Shown: one piece after another, positions 37,624-47,535 of the stretch | Layout: every line of letters starts with the position of its first letter | Numbering within the stretch: position 1 is the stretch's first letter | Assembly (NCBI GenBank): GCA_041662985.1 | Contig: JBAZRJ010000003.1 | Coordinates: 3,793-67,792 of the forward strand | Length of the DNA: 64,000 bases | From: Clostridia bacterium | Lineage (GTDB): Bacteria; Bacillota; Clostridia; Acetivibrionales; JBAZRJ01 | Reading direction: 5' to 3' | Made by a program: the position numbers and the translations under genes | The notes under the pieces: model-generated | What the model was told of the DNA's origin: nothing | Database searches by the model: none | The model's input: the letters and a program-made list of their open reading frames with translations, nothing else

Positions 37624-37746
37624 TTGTTAATGCTTTGTTCATACAGTTAATAATAAGTTAACATAATTTTGCCTTATTTAAGCGTATAATATAGGAGTGA
37701 ACAAGTTTTTCATTTTGTTCCTCCTTTTTATACTTACCTTTTTACA

Positions 37747-37784
37747 ATAAAGCACTCGCTGATACTGACAGCAAGTGCTTTATT
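37747..37784. terminator. Hairpin between convergent genes (candidate bidirectional terminator)
   Basis: AATAAAGCACT (37747-57) pairs with AGTGCTTTATT (37774-84). This is an 11-bp perfect stem that overlaps the stop of the methyltransferase gene. Confidence 0.5.
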
Positions 37785-38583
37785 GCGAGTGGGTTTGTCT
37801 CACTCTTTCAAACGCAATAATCGCAGCTGCTACTGAAGCATTCAGTGATTCAGCATCCCCCGGCATCGGAATTTTAATTAATTCATCAGCTAAAACTGCA
37901 ACTTCTTCACTTATTCCGTTTGCTTCGTTCCCTATTATCACGGCAATTTTACCGGTCAAATTTACCTCAAAATACTCTTTTTTTGCTTCAAGATGAGATG
38001 CAAAAACCTTTACTCCGGCGTCTTTAAGAACATTTATTGTTTGCGTGGTATCCACGTCCAGTAAAATCGGTATATGGAAAACGGAACCCATCGTTGCTCT
38101 CAGAACCTTTGGATTATATATATCCACACATTTTTTTGATAAGATTATTGCATCCGCTCCCGCGGCATCGGCAGTTCTAATAATTGTGCCCATATTTCCG
38201 GGATCCTGTATTGATTCGAGCAGAATAAAAAATTCAGAACCTTGCAATATTTCTTTGTCATTCCAAATTATTTTATCAATAACACAAAGAATTCCCTGTG
38301 GGTTTTCAGTGTCGGAGATTTCATCGAATATTTTATCGGCAACTATATGAATCGGAACATTTTTTAACCTTGGTTCTTTCTGTAACCCTTTAGCATAATC
38401 GCTTTCAGAAAAGGTTTCAGAAAAGAAAACACTTGAAACTCTGCAATTCGAAGCAAGCGCCTCTTCAAAAATTCTGGTGCCTTCAATAAAGAATTGGTTT
38501 CTGTCATCCCTGCTCTTTTTTAATTTAAGTGACTTTGTTTCTTTCAGAATCTGATTCTTATTACTCGTAATCACTGTCAACAA
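37780..38583 (-). CDS. TrmH/SpoU-family RNA 2'-O-methyltransferase (RlmB-like, group 3)
   Basis: N-terminal substrate-binding domain, then SpoU motifs (QDPGNMGTIIRTA, IIGNEANGISEE, IPMPGDAESLNASVAA). Confidence 0.88.
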   Translation of the reverse strand: MLTVITSNKNQILKETKSLKLKKSRDDRNQFFIEGTRIFEEALASNCRVSSVFFSETFSESDYAKGLQKEPRLKNVPIHIVADKIFDEISDTENPQGILCVIDKIIWNDKEILQGSEFFILLESIQDPGNMGTIIRTADAAGADAIILSKKCVDIYNPKVLRATMGSVFHIPILLDVDTTQTINVLKDAGVKVFASHLEAKKEYFEVNLTGKIAVIIGNEANGISEEVAVLADELIKIPMPGDAESLNASVAAAIIAFERVRQTHSQ

Positions 38584-38764
38584 ATCATCTCCCTAATGTG
38601 AATAAAAATCTCTCGAACCCGACTTCATTTTACTATATAAGGTCGAATAATTCAACGAATTCGAATACCCTTGAAATATTAGTGTATCGCTCAATTCACA
38701 TATATACTGAACATAAAAAATTTTTCTGTTTAATTGGCTAATCTTGTAAAATTTATGAAACATT

Positions 38765-38793
38765 TTGAAATTACTCTAAGTTTATTGTATAAT
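38765..38793 (+). promoter_or_regulatory. Sigma-A type promoter of the sensor gene
   Basis: TTGAAA (38765-70), a 17-nt spacer, then TATAAT (38788-93). Confidence 0.6.
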
Positions 38794-38854
38794 TGATGTA
38801 ACGATATTTAAATGACGATAAATTACATAGTAAGGAATAAACGGTGAGATTACT

Positions 38855-40858
38855 ATGAATACAAATTTATTCTATGCATTAGTCAATAATACCGCTCTTC
38901 TTTTAGTTTTGTCCGTAATTTATGAAATCGGCTTTATGTTGCCGAAAAAGTATCTGAGATTTCGACCGCTGGTAAATGGTTTAATGACTTCGTTTATTTG
39001 CATCGCAATTATGTTGATACCATTTACGCTTGCACCCGGTTTGGTTTTTGACACCCGATCAATTTTAATCAGTGTTATTGCATTGACATTTGGAATAGTA
39101 CCTACATCTATAACGGTTGGTGTCGCAGGTATTTTTAGATTCGCATCCGGTGGAATAGGTGCAATGCCTGGTATTGCAGTCATTTTTGCAAGTGCTTTGA
39201 TTGGTCTCGCATGGCGGCGCTGGCTTTATCCGAAATCAAAGAAATTAAGATGGCTAAACACATATGCTATGAGTGTCACAGTTCACATTACAATGTTGGC
39301 ATGTATGCTTCTGCTGCCTTATCCAAACAGCATAAATGTTATCCGTGAAATTTCAATTCCTGTGTTAATCATCTATCCGGTGGCATCTGTCATTCTGAGT
39401 CTGTTAATTATAAGACAAATCGAACACAGACATTTTCAGGAACAGCTTAAAGAGTCCCAAAAGGCTTTGTTTGAAAGTGAAAGCAAATATAGGAGTTATA
39501 TTGAAAATGCACCTGATGCAGTTTTTGTCGTAGATGAAACCGGCAGATATCTGGAAGTCAATAATACGGCTATTGAATTGACAGGTTACAGCGAAGAAGA
39601 ACTCTTGAGAATGTCTATCAACGATATAACCTGTAAATGCGCTGTCGAAGAAGCCTTAAATTCTTTCAATGAATTGCTGAAAACAGGATCTTCGAATGTA
39701 GTTTTGCCGTATGTTCACAAGGATGGTTCAAATCATTGGTGGACAGTCAATTCAGTTAAAATTTCAGAGAATCGTTTTTTGGGCTTTTGTTCTGATGTCA
39801 CAGATAAGAAAAAAGCTGAAGATGACCTTATTTACTCACTTAATCATGATTATCTCACCAAACTTTATAACAGGAAATATTTCGAAGAGTCAAAACTAAA
39901 GATGGTTAAGGAAAAAAGATTGCCTATTTCAATTATAATTGCCGATATTAATGGTGTACGATTAATAAACGATGCATTCGGATTTGACAAGGGAGATAAA
40001 TTGATATTCGAAACATCAAAAATTCTACAAAGCATTACCCGAAAAGATGATGTTTTAGCCCGTATAGGCGGTGATGAATTCGGTTTTATCCTTCCTGAAA
40101 CCGATTATAAAGAAACCGATAAAATTGTAAGCTCAATAAACAAAGCCTTCAATGCTTATAATCATAAAAAAAAGAATAAGCTTTATGAGATTAATCTTTC
40201 AATCGGGTACGCAACGAAAACAAATGAGGATAAAAGCATAAAAGAAATATCAAAATTGGCGGACGAACATCTGCATAATCAAAAACTTTTAAACCTAAAA
40301 AGTTTCAGAAGCAATTTAATTTCTACAATTATAGCTACAGTGTATGAAAAAAGCGAAGAAACTGAACAGCACTCAAAAAGGCTTTCTGATTTATCTGTTA
40401 AAATCGGTAAAAAGCTAAATCTTTCACAAAAGGATCTAAGCGAGCTTGAACTTTTATCTGTCCTTCATGACATCGGCAAGGTTGCTATTGACGACAGAAT
40501 TCTTAAAAAACCCGACCCTCTGACCGAAGATGAATGGATCGTTATGAAGACGCATCCGGACATCGGTTACAGAATAGCAAAATCGACATCTGAACTCGAG
40601 AATATTGCCGATTACATCAGAACGCATCACGAACGCTGGGACGGCAAGGGTTATCCTCAGGGGCTCCGGGGGGAGAACATTCCGTTGCTTTCAAGGATAC
40701 TCGCCGTTGCTGATGCATATGATGCGATGACAAACGACCGAGCCTATAGAAAATCTATAGCAAAAAGCAATGCAATTGAAGAATTAAAATCTTACGCCGG
40801 AACTCAATTTGACCCCAATATTGTAAAAGTATTTGAATTACTTATTAATCCAAAATAA
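38855..40858 (+). CDS. Membrane sensor: 5TM (LytS-type) - PAS - GGDEF - HD-GYP
   Basis: Five to six N-terminal TM helices, and a PAS region (YIENAPDAVFVVDETGRYLEVN). The GGDEF domain has an intact GGDEF and an RKDD I-site five residues upstream. The HD-GYP domain carries HDIGKV and HHERWDGKGYP. Confidence 0.88.
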   Translation: MNTNLFYALVNNTALLLVLSVIYEIGFMLPKKYLRFRPLVNGLMTSFICIAIMLIPFTLAPGLVFDTRSILISVIALTFGIVPTSITVGVAGIFRFASGGIGAMPGIAVIFASALIGLAWRRWLYPKSKKLRWLNTYAMSVTVHITMLACMLLLPYPNSINVIREISIPVLIIYPVASVILSLLIIRQIEHRHFQEQLKESQKALFESESKYRSYIENAPDAVFVVDETGRYLEVNNTAIELTGYSEEELLRMSINDITCKCAVEEALNSFNELLKTGSSNVVLPYVHKDGSNHWWTVNSVKISENRFLGFCSDVTDKKKAEDDLIYSLNHDYLTKLYNRKYFEESKLKMVKEKRLPISIIIADINGVRLINDAFGFDKGDKLIFETSKILQSITRKDDVLARIGGDEFGFILPETDYKETDKIVSSINKAFNAYNHKKKNKLYEINLSIGYATKTNEDKSIKEISKLADEHLHNQKLLNLKSFRSNLISTIIATVYEKSEETEQHSKRLSDLSVKIGKKLNLSQKDLSELELLSVLHDIGKVAIDDRILKKPDPLTEDEWIVMKTHPDIGYRIAKSTSELENIADYIRTHHERWDGKGYPQGLRGENIPLLSRILAVADAYDAMTNDRAYRKSIAKSNAIEELKSYAGTQFDPNIVKVFELLINPK

Positions 40859-40860
40859 AA

Positions 40861-40898
40861 CACCTTCAAAAATCAGAATTATCTAATGTTTGAAGGTG
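40861..40898. terminator. Bidirectional rho-independent terminator
   Basis: CACCTTCAAA / TTTGAAGGTG form a 10-bp stem with T-rich tracts on both strands. It lies between the sensor gene and rplT. Confidence 0.7.
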
Positions 40899-40931
40899 CA
40901 TTCTGTTTGACCCAAAATTAATTACCGGTAA

Positions 40932-41285
40932 TTATACTGATTCTTTAACCTTTTCAACCAATTGCGCAAAGCTCGGTGCATCATTCATAGCCATATCGGC
41001 TAATACTTTTCTGTTTAAGTCGATACCTGATTTTTTCAGACCGCTTATAAATCTGCTATAAGACAAGCCGTTTATTCTTGCTGCGGCATTTATTCTGACA
41101 ACCCAAAGTTTCCTGAAGTCTCTCTTTTTCGCTTTCCTGTCTCTATATGCATAAACAAGTGATTTCATGACCGCTTGATTAGCCGTTCTAAAAAGCTTAC
41201 TCTTGTGTCCGAAATATCCTTTAGCTAACTTTAATATTTTCTTGTGTCTTGCACGTGTTCTCATTGCGCCTTTTACTCTTGCCAT
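40932..41285 (-). CDS. rplT: 50S ribosomal protein L20
   Basis: [26 protein letters not shown] is a canonical L20 N-terminus. Confidence 0.97.
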   Translation of the reverse strand: MARVKGAMRTRARHKKILKLAKGYFGHKSKLFRTANQAVMKSLVYAYRDRKAKKRDFRKLWVVRINAAARINGLSYSRFISGLKKSGIDLNRKVLADMAMNDAPSFAQLVEKVKESV

Positions 41286-41303
41286 GATAAATTTCCTCCT
41301 TCT

Positions 41304-41501
41304 TTAAGCATATGGAATTAGTTTTTTGACATTGCTTGCGTTTGCTGCTGAAACATAGGCGGTAAGCCTATGATGTTTTTTCGCTTTTGTTCCCTTAGAT
41401 GTAAGCCTATGACTTCTAAATGCGTGGCCCATCTTTATTTTGCCGCTTGCAGTAAGCTTAAATCTTTTCTTTGATGCGCTGTGTGATTTTAATTTTGGCA
41501 T
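41304..41501 (-). CDS. rpmI: 50S ribosomal protein L35
   Basis: MPKLKSHSASKKRFKLTASGKIK is a canonical L35 sequence. Confidence 0.97.
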   Translation of the reverse strand: MPKLKSHSASKKRFKLTASGKIKMGHAFRSHRLTSKGTKAKKHHRLTAYVSAANASNVKKLIPYA

Positions 41502-41539
41502 ATTACTTATCCTCCTATATATTTTAAGTTTAAAAATTA

Positions 41540-42052
41540 TTATTTTGGATTTAGAATCATTATCATGCTTCTGCCTTCAAGCTTCGGTTTTCTTTCAACA
41601 ACACTGAATTCTTCGACTGCGACAGCAAATTTTTCGAGCATTTCGGCCCCCAATGAAGTATAATTCATTTCTCTGCCTCTGAACCTTATTGTCACTTTAA
41701 CCTTATCGCCTTCTTTTAAGAATTTGATGGCATTTTTTGCTTTGAAATCGAAATCATGTTCCTCGATTCCCGCTGATATTCGAACTTCCTTTATATTGAC
41801 TACCTTTTGGTTTTTTCTTGCTTCTTTTTCTTTTTTCGAAAGTTCAAACATGTACTTGCCGTAATCCATAATTCTGCATACCGGCGGGGCTGCCTGAGGT
41901 GCGATTTTTACCAGATCAAGATTCTTATCAACCGCCATTTTTTGAGCATCCTTTAACGGAACAACTCCAACCATGCCTCCATCGGCATCAATTAGCCTTA
42001 CTTCCTTATCTCGAATCTCTTCATTGATCAACAATTCGTTTTTGCTGATAAT
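41540..42052 (-). CDS. infC: Translation initiation factor IF-3, probable ATT start
   Basis: LINEEIRDKEVRLID...PPVCRIMDYGKY is IF-3. In frame and 6 codons upstream of the ORF-track TTG is ATT (42052-42050), 6 nt after GGAGG. It would give IISKNELLINEEIR, the usual IF-3 N-terminus. Confidence 0.9.
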   Translation of the reverse strand: MISKNELLINEEIRDKEVRLIDADGGMVGVVPLKDAQKMAVDKNLDLVKIAPQAAPPVCRIMDYGKYMFELSKKEKEARKNQKVVNIKEVRISAGIEEHDFDFKAKNAIKFLKEGDKVKVTIRFRGREMNYTSLGAEMLEKFAVAVEEFSVVERKPKLEGRSMIMILNPK

Positions 42053-42079
42053 AGAACACCTCCGTTTACAATTTTAAAT

Positions 42080-42200
42080 AAAAAAAATGGATTACCGATA
42101 GTAATCCACTCGAATACAAGTTAAAGTTCAATAAACTTTACCATTAACCTTAAAGAACATATCCGTAAGGTGAGAAGCGGATTACCTCTGCTTTATTTCG
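42080..42200 (-). promoter_or_regulatory. L20 leader (ribosomal-protein autoregulatory attenuator) upstream of infC
   Basis: A ~120-nt leader between the promoter and the infC SD. It ends in the hairpin TGGATTAC-TATCG-GTAATCCA plus T8 (42108-42080). Position and architecture match the Firmicutes infC-rpmI-rplT leader. Confidence 0.65.
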
Positions 42201-42207
42201 CTTTTAC

Positions 42208-42236
42208 ATATTAACACACGACTTTATAAATGTCAA
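42208..42236 (-). promoter_or_regulatory. Sigma-A promoter of the infC operon
   Basis: Minus strand: TTGACA (42236-31), a 17-nt spacer, then TAATAT (42213-08). Confidence 0.65.
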
Positions 42237-42299
42237 TTATTTTGGATTTCTCTATGCCGGAACATTTTTTGCTCCGCGTCTTAATTTTCAGGAAAGAAT

Positions 42300-44207
42300 T
42301 CAATTCTCTTTTGCGGTGATTTCACAGGTTGCTTTTTTTATAAACTCTTCAACACTCATTGAGCCTAAGTCGCCGTCTTTCCTTGATCTGACGGAAATCG
42401 TGTTCGTTTCTGTCTCTTTATCGCCTGCCACAAGCATATACGGAATCTTTTCCATCTGTGCTTCTCTGATTTTATAACCGATTTTTTCGTTTCTCAAATC
42501 GCATTCCGTGCTGATTCCGGCGCTTTCAAGCTTTTTACTAAGTTCCTCTATATAAGGATTATGCTTTTCAACAATTCCAAGCAGTTTCACCTGGACAGGT
42601 GCAAGCCATATAGGAAACGCTCCGGCATAATGCTCGGTTAAAATTGCAATAAACCTTTCAATACTTCCAAACACAACCCGGTGAATCATAACCGGTCTGT
42701 GCTTTTCACCATCCGGACCGATATAGCTGAGGTCAAATTTCTCGGGCATCTGAAAGTCTAATTGTATCGTTCCGCATTGCCACGTACGGCCTATTGAATC
42801 CTCAAGATGGAAGTCGATTTTCGGTCCGTAAAATGCTCCGTCGCCTTCATTTATCTTGAATTTGATTTCCCTGTCTTCAAGCACTTCTTTTAAAGCGTTT
42901 GTCGCTGTATCCCAGTCTTCATCCTTACCCATCGAATTCTCAGGTCTTGTGGAAAGTTCCACATGATATGTAAAACCGAACACTTTATAGAAATCGTCAA
43001 TCAGTTCTATAACACCCGCTACCTCTGATTTTATCTGGTCGGGAGTCATAAATATATGGGCGTCATCCTGTGTGAAACATCTCACTCTCATCAATCCGTG
43101 AAGCGCTCCGGAAAGCTCATGTCTGTGGACTAGTCCAAGCTCGGCAATTCTTTGCGGTAAATCCCTGTAAGAATGAAGCTTTCTTTTAAATGCAAGCATT
43201 CCACCCGGGCAATTCATCGGTTTAATCGCATAATCCGCATCATCTATTTTTGTAAAGTACATATTTTCTTTATAGTGATCCCAATGACCTGAACGATGCC
43301 ATAGTTCTTCATTTAGGATTATCGGTGTGTTGATTTCCTGATACCCTCTTTTTTTATGCTCTTCTCTCCAAAAGTCCAGAAGTTTGTTTCTTAAAACCAT
43401 TCCTTTTGGGAAGAAGAAAGGGAATCCCGGTCCTTCATCATAAATATCAAACAAATCAAGTTCACGTCCAAGTTTCCTGTGGTCTCTCTTTTTTGCTTCC
43501 TCCAGTCTGAATAAATACTCATCAAGATCGCTTCTCTTTGGAAAGCTTGTTCCGTATATTCTCTGAAGCATTTTATTTTTTTCGCTGCCACGCCAATATG
43601 CACCTGCTACGGATAAAAGTTTGAATGCTTTTATCTTTCCTGTGGACATTAAATGCGGTCCTGCGCAAAGGTCGGTAAATTCACCCTGCTTATAGAAAGA
43701 AAGTTCTTCATTTTCGGGCAAGTCAAGAATCAACTCGGCCTTATACGGTTCTTTATTTTCATTCATAAGCTTTAATGCTTCTTCTCTTGAAAGCGTAAAT
43801 CTTTCAATCTGCAGGTCTTCTTTAACTATCCTGCTCATTTCTAATTCAATCTTCTCTAATTCTTCAACTGAAAAGGGTTTCTCTATATCAAAATCATAAT
43901 AAAATCCATTGTCTATAGAAGGTCCAATCGCAAGCTGTATCCCCGGATATAACCGCTTAACTGCCTGTGCCATAATATGTGAGGTTGTATGTCTGTATGC
44001 GAGCTTTCCGCCATCGTCATTAAACGTCAAAAGACTAAGCTTACAGTCATTTTCAAGTTTAAACCGCAGGTCTTTGACTTTTCCGTCAACCTCCCCTGCC
44101 ATCGCAACTCTTGCAAGTCCATCACTTATGCTCAATGCGACATCAAATACGGTAATTCCTTTTGCATATTCTTTTGAGCTTCCGTCTTTTAAAGTAATTT
44201 TTATCAT
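42300..44207 (-). CDS. thrS: Threonine--tRNA ligase
   Basis: TGS domain (MIKITLKDGS), editing HTTSHIMAQA, and class II motifs (RHELSGALHGLMRVRCFTQDDAHIF, GTIQLDF). ATG 44207 is preceded by GGAGG. Confidence 0.96.
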   Translation of the reverse strand: MIKITLKDGSSKEYAKGITVFDVALSISDGLARVAMAGEVDGKVKDLRFKLENDCKLSLLTFNDDGGKLAYRHTTSHIMAQAVKRLYPGIQLAIGPSIDNGFYYDFDIEKPFSVEELEKIELEMSRIVKEDLQIERFTLSREEALKLMNENKEPYKAELILDLPENEELSFYKQGEFTDLCAGPHLMSTGKIKAFKLLSVAGAYWRGSEKNKMLQRIYGTSFPKRSDLDEYLFRLEEAKKRDHRKLGRELDLFDIYDEGPGFPFFFPKGMVLRNKLLDFWREEHKKRGYQEINTPIILNEELWHRSGHWDHYKENMYFTKIDDADYAIKPMNCPGGMLAFKRKLHSYRDLPQRIAELGLVHRHELSGALHGLMRVRCFTQDDAHIFMTPDQIKSEVAGVIELIDDFYKVFGFTYHVELSTRPENSMGKDEDWDTATNALKEVLEDREIKFKINEGDGAFYGPKIDFHLEDSIGRTWQCGTIQLDFQMPEKFDLSYIGPDGEKHRPVMIHRVVFGSIERFIAILTEHYAGAFPIWLAPVQVKLLGIVEKHNPYIEELSKKLESAGISTECDLRNEKIGYKIREAQMEKIPYMLVAGDKETETNTISVRSRKDGDLGSMSVEEFIKKATCEITAKEN

Positions 44208-44300
44208 AAAAACAGCCTCCATCTTATTTTACTTATTATATCTTTCAGCATTTTCTATGTCAATAATGACGCCGGCTGTTTCAATAGCGAATAATACCTG

Positions 44301-45047
44301 TCATACCTTAATTAAAGCCCTTATCGAGTCAAATCTCTTTTGTCCTATTCTTGATACATTCATTATTTCTTCGATTTTTTTAAATCCTCCGCTTTTCTCC
44401 CTGTATGCAATTATATCCGCAGCCGTCTTTTCTCCCACACCCGGCAGAACATCAAGTTCCGAGGCTGTTGCGGTATTAATGTTTATCAACCCTCCTTTTT
44501 TTGAATCTCCGTCAGAATCGTTAATAAGCGCATTCCCTGTCTCATTTGTAATTACAACGCCCTTCCCGGCTTCCCCATTTCCGGAGCTGTTTGCACTTTC
44601 GGGAACTGTTTTACCGGCACCTTTTTTGTTTATTCTCAACATGACATTTTCGGTAAGCTTGTAAACCATATTTATATTGAAAATATCAGCGTCATTTGTC
44701 GGTCCTCCTGCAGCTTTTATAGCATCTGAAATTATTTGCCCTTTTTTTATCTCAATAATTCCGGGATTCTTTACACATCCCACAACGTAAACTTTTATTC
44801 TTTCAATATCAGTTTTGGTTGAATCATCTGATTCAACAGCATTCTTTACCTCCCCGTCTGAACTTGTACTGCCGGCATCGGTCTTATTTATTACAATTTG
44901 GGCATCATTCCTGCTCAGGACAAAACCCGTAACTGCAAGTGACATGAAAACGAAAACTACTATCAGAACAAACATAACTTTTTCGATATGAATATGTATT
45001 CCAAATATAAAAAAATCCACAAAACACCTCACGAATATAATGTACAT
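44301..45047 (-). CDS. comEA: ComEA-like DNA-binding protein (SLBB + helix-hairpin-helix)
   Basis: C-terminal tandem HhH (INTATASELDVLPGVGEKTAADIIAYRE..GGFKKIEEI) and a mid-protein SLBB-like segment (VYVVGCVKNPGIIEI). The start codon is uncertain; an internal ATG near 44975 is plausible. Confidence 0.8.
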   Translation of the reverse strand: MYIIFVRCFVDFFIFGIHIHIEKVMFVLIVVFVFMSLAVTGFVLSRNDAQIVINKTDAGSTSSDGEVKNAVESDDSTKTDIERIKVYVVGCVKNPGIIEIKKGQIISDAIKAAGGPTNDADIFNINMVYKLTENVMLRINKKGAGKTVPESANSSGNGEAGKGVVITNETGNALINDSDGDSKKGGLININTATASELDVLPGVGEKTAADIIAYREKSGGFKKIEEIMNVSRIGQKRFDSIRALIKV

Positions 45048-45168
45048 ATTATACCATTTATATTAATAAATGTCATGCTTGTTTTTTTGAAAATTTTATT
45101 AAATATTGTTTTTTTTATTAAAATAATTTGATATACTATCACTTATAAAATATCTCCGGGGGGAAACA

Positions 45169-46443
45169 TTGAAGAAACTGCTTTTGATTTTACTATCTTC
45201 ATTATTGTTAATTGCGAATATTACAACAGTGAATGCCTCATCACCAAAGCTTAACGTTGATTCATATGTTTTAATGGATTCATCGACCGGCAGAATATTG
45301 GATTCAATGAACCCTGATTCAAAGCTCTATCCTGCCAGCACCACTAAAATAATGACAGCAATTTTAGCTCTAGAAAAAGGCAGGCTTGACCAGATGATGA
45401 CTGCGAGTGAAGCAGCGATATGCGACATCGGTCCCGGTGGTTCCAATGCAGGCATTCCTCCGGGTGAAAAACTTTCAATGAAGGTTTTGATGGACGTATT
45501 GCTTGTGAATTCGGCAAATGATGCCGCAAATATAATAGCTGAAAATCTGGCTCCGACCCGTAAGGATTTTATTGATTTAATGAATGAAAAAGCAGTTCAG
45601 TTAGGGGCAATCCATACTCATTTTGTAAATACAAACGGAATATATGATCCCGACCACTATACAACAACGGCCGACATGGCCTTGATCGCATCCTATGCAA
45701 TGAAGATTCCCGAATTTCGAAACATAGTATTGAAAAAAAGTGTTGTAATGCCTCCAAACAGATACCAAAAAAAGGCAGTTACCCTTTATAACACTAATAA
45801 TCTGCTCTATTATAAGAACGATAATTTTACCATTACCGGTATAAAAACAGGATTCATAAACCAGTCAGGTCATAATCTCGTTTCGTCTGCTATCAACAAA
45901 GACGGGATGGAACTTATTGCCGTAGTATTCGGTTCAAAATACGGACCAACCGGGAGAACTGATTTTGCCAATTCATACAGTTTGCTCAAATACGGTTTCA
46001 GCACTTATTCAATTAAATCAATTGCTGATTCAGGTTCGATAATCAAGAATATTTCTGTGATTGATTCGGATTCGGGTAAAAATTTGAAGCTTCTTGCAGC
46101 ATCGCCTATTGTGTGTGCGATGCCAAACGATAAAGTCAAATGGAATATTGGTCAGACATTCAAGTTTACTCCAAATATTAAAGCGCCCATAAGCAAAGGC
46201 TCCGTTCTTGGAACTGTGACCTTTACATCCAACGGTGTCCCTGTAAGAACAGTAAATTTAATTGCGGAAAGTTCAGTTAACAAAAGTTTCGGTGCGAATG
46301 TCAGAGACTTTTTCGGAAATTTAATCAACAGCGGTTTGATACTCAAAATAATTTTACTTGTTATTTTCTTTGTATTGTTAAGATTTGTGCTGAAGAGGAT
46401 TTCGAGACTTAGGCGTTTGAGGAAATATAAAAGAGATTATTGA
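45169..46443 (+). CDS. D-alanyl-D-alanine carboxypeptidase (peptidase S11, PBP5/DacB-like)
   Basis: Signal peptide; motifs STTK, SAND (SxN) and KTG; and a C-terminal membrane anchor. TTG start. Confidence 0.88.
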   Translation: MKKLLLILLSSLLLIANITTVNASSPKLNVDSYVLMDSSTGRILDSMNPDSKLYPASTTKIMTAILALEKGRLDQMMTASEAAICDIGPGGSNAGIPPGEKLSMKVLMDVLLVNSANDAANIIAENLAPTRKDFIDLMNEKAVQLGAIHTHFVNTNGIYDPDHYTTTADMALIASYAMKIPEFRNIVLKKSVVMPPNRYQKKAVTLYNTNNLLYYKNDNFTITGIKTGFINQSGHNLVSSAINKDGMELIAVVFGSKYGPTGRTDFANSYSLLKYGFSTYSIKSIADSGSIIKNISVIDSDSGKNLKLLAASPIVCAMPNDKVKWNIGQTFKFTPNIKAPISKGSVLGTVTFTSNGVPVRTVNLIAESSVNKSFGANVRDFFGNLINSGLILKIILLVIFFVLLRFVLKRISRLRRLRKYKRDY

Positions 46444-46461
46444 CTTATTGATTCTCTGTAT

Positions 46462-47505
46462 TCACGAATTTACAACATATTCATAAACCATTTTCGAAAT
46501 ATTTGCGATTGCATCATAAGTTTCGTCTTCGTCTGCTTTTTTAGTCATTACTGAAATGATGTAAGGTTTATCGGCGTACACAATCCCTATGTCGTGTAAA
46601 GCCGCTCCCCATTCCTCACTCCAAAAATTCCCGATCTTATGCGCAACTTTGATATCCTTTGGAAGAAGCTTTGGAATTCTGTCATTGAATATTGTGTTTT
46701 CAAAATAATCTATAAGATGACCGCCAAGCTTCGGGTTTGATACCGAGAATTCGTAGACCCTTTTCATATAAAGCGCCATGTCTTTGGCGCATGTAATATT
46801 CTTGTCTCCGTAAGTGACAATTCCGCCGAGTTTCTTCATGTATCCTCTTATTACACTTCTTCCGCCCAAAAATCTTTGAAGCATATTTGTAGCAACATTG
46901 TCGCTCAGTTCGATTGAAAGCTTGGATAATTCGTCAACCGTATAAATTGTGCCTTTTTTCTCGTATTGCAAATCCCCCGTCCCGCCTTCATAATCACGGG
47001 ATAAATATGTTACTTTATCGGTTTTGCTTACATCCCCCGCTTCAATCTCTTTAAATAAATAAAAATTAATCGGTATTTTTATTGTGCTTGCAGCTACAAA
47101 AACTTCAGTGTCATTAATTCCAAACTGGCTTCCGTCCGACAGGTTTAAATAATAGACACTAAACTCTCCCGTTTGCTTGTCTATATATGTTGATATGCTT
47201 TTCTTTAATTCCTTCACTCCCTGCAGCGTTATATCATCCGCAGGACTTGCAGTCGGTACGACCGATGGTTTTGGTGATGTTGTATTTGAAGGTGATACAG
47301 TCGTTGTATTGGTTTCTTGAGCGTCTGCATTGCGATTGAAGATATCAAAATTAACATTTCCGAATTTAAAGCCTGTACCTACAAGAACTCCAAGAATAAT
47401 TAAAAACAGCAATAACAAAAGAAACACAATAAAACGTATTGGTTTCTTTTGTTTTTTTCTTTTGGGTTGTCTTTTTCGTACAGGCATTTCCACTTGAATA
47501 TTCAA
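46462..47505 (-). CDS. Membrane-anchored class-A beta-lactamase-fold serine hydrolase
   Basis: Basic N-terminus plus a TM helix, an S/T/P linker, and the active-site STIK in FVAASTIKIPI. Confidence 0.7.
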   Translation of the reverse strand: MNIQVEMPVRKRQPKRKKQKKPIRFIVFLLLLLFLIILGVLVGTGFKFGNVNFDIFNRNADAQETNTTTVSPSNTTSPKPSVVPTASPADDITLQGVKELKKSISTYIDKQTGEFSVYYLNLSDGSQFGINDTEVFVAASTIKIPINFYLFKEIEAGDVSKTDKVTYLSRDYEGGTGDLQYEKKGTIYTVDELSKLSIELSDNVATNMLQRFLGGRSVIRGYMKKLGGIVTYGDKNITCAKDMALYMKRVYEFSVSNPKLGGHLIDYFENTIFNDRIPKLLPKDIKVAHKIGNFWSEEWGAALHDIGIVYADKPYIISVMTKKADEDETYDAIANISKMVYEYVVNS

Positions 47506-47535
47506 ATTTCTTTATCCTCCGCAATTAAGAGGCAA

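Noticed and set aside
37678-37713. 11-codon mini-ORF (MKNLFTPILYA) with a strong GGAGG-6nt-ATG, between the convergent ATPase and methyltransferase genes.
   Set aside because: There is no identifiable promoter and no downstream gene for it to regulate. It is too short to evaluate and probably a fortuitous SD-ATG.
44208-44300. Expected a T-box leader upstream of thrS, and likewise upstream of alaS at 28114-28283.
   Set aside because: Only ~93 nt separate thrS from the upstream comEA stop. The alaS side of its 170-nt divergent region shows no specifier-loop/T-box (AAUUAGGGUGGNACCGCG-like) sequence or terminator/antiterminator pair.
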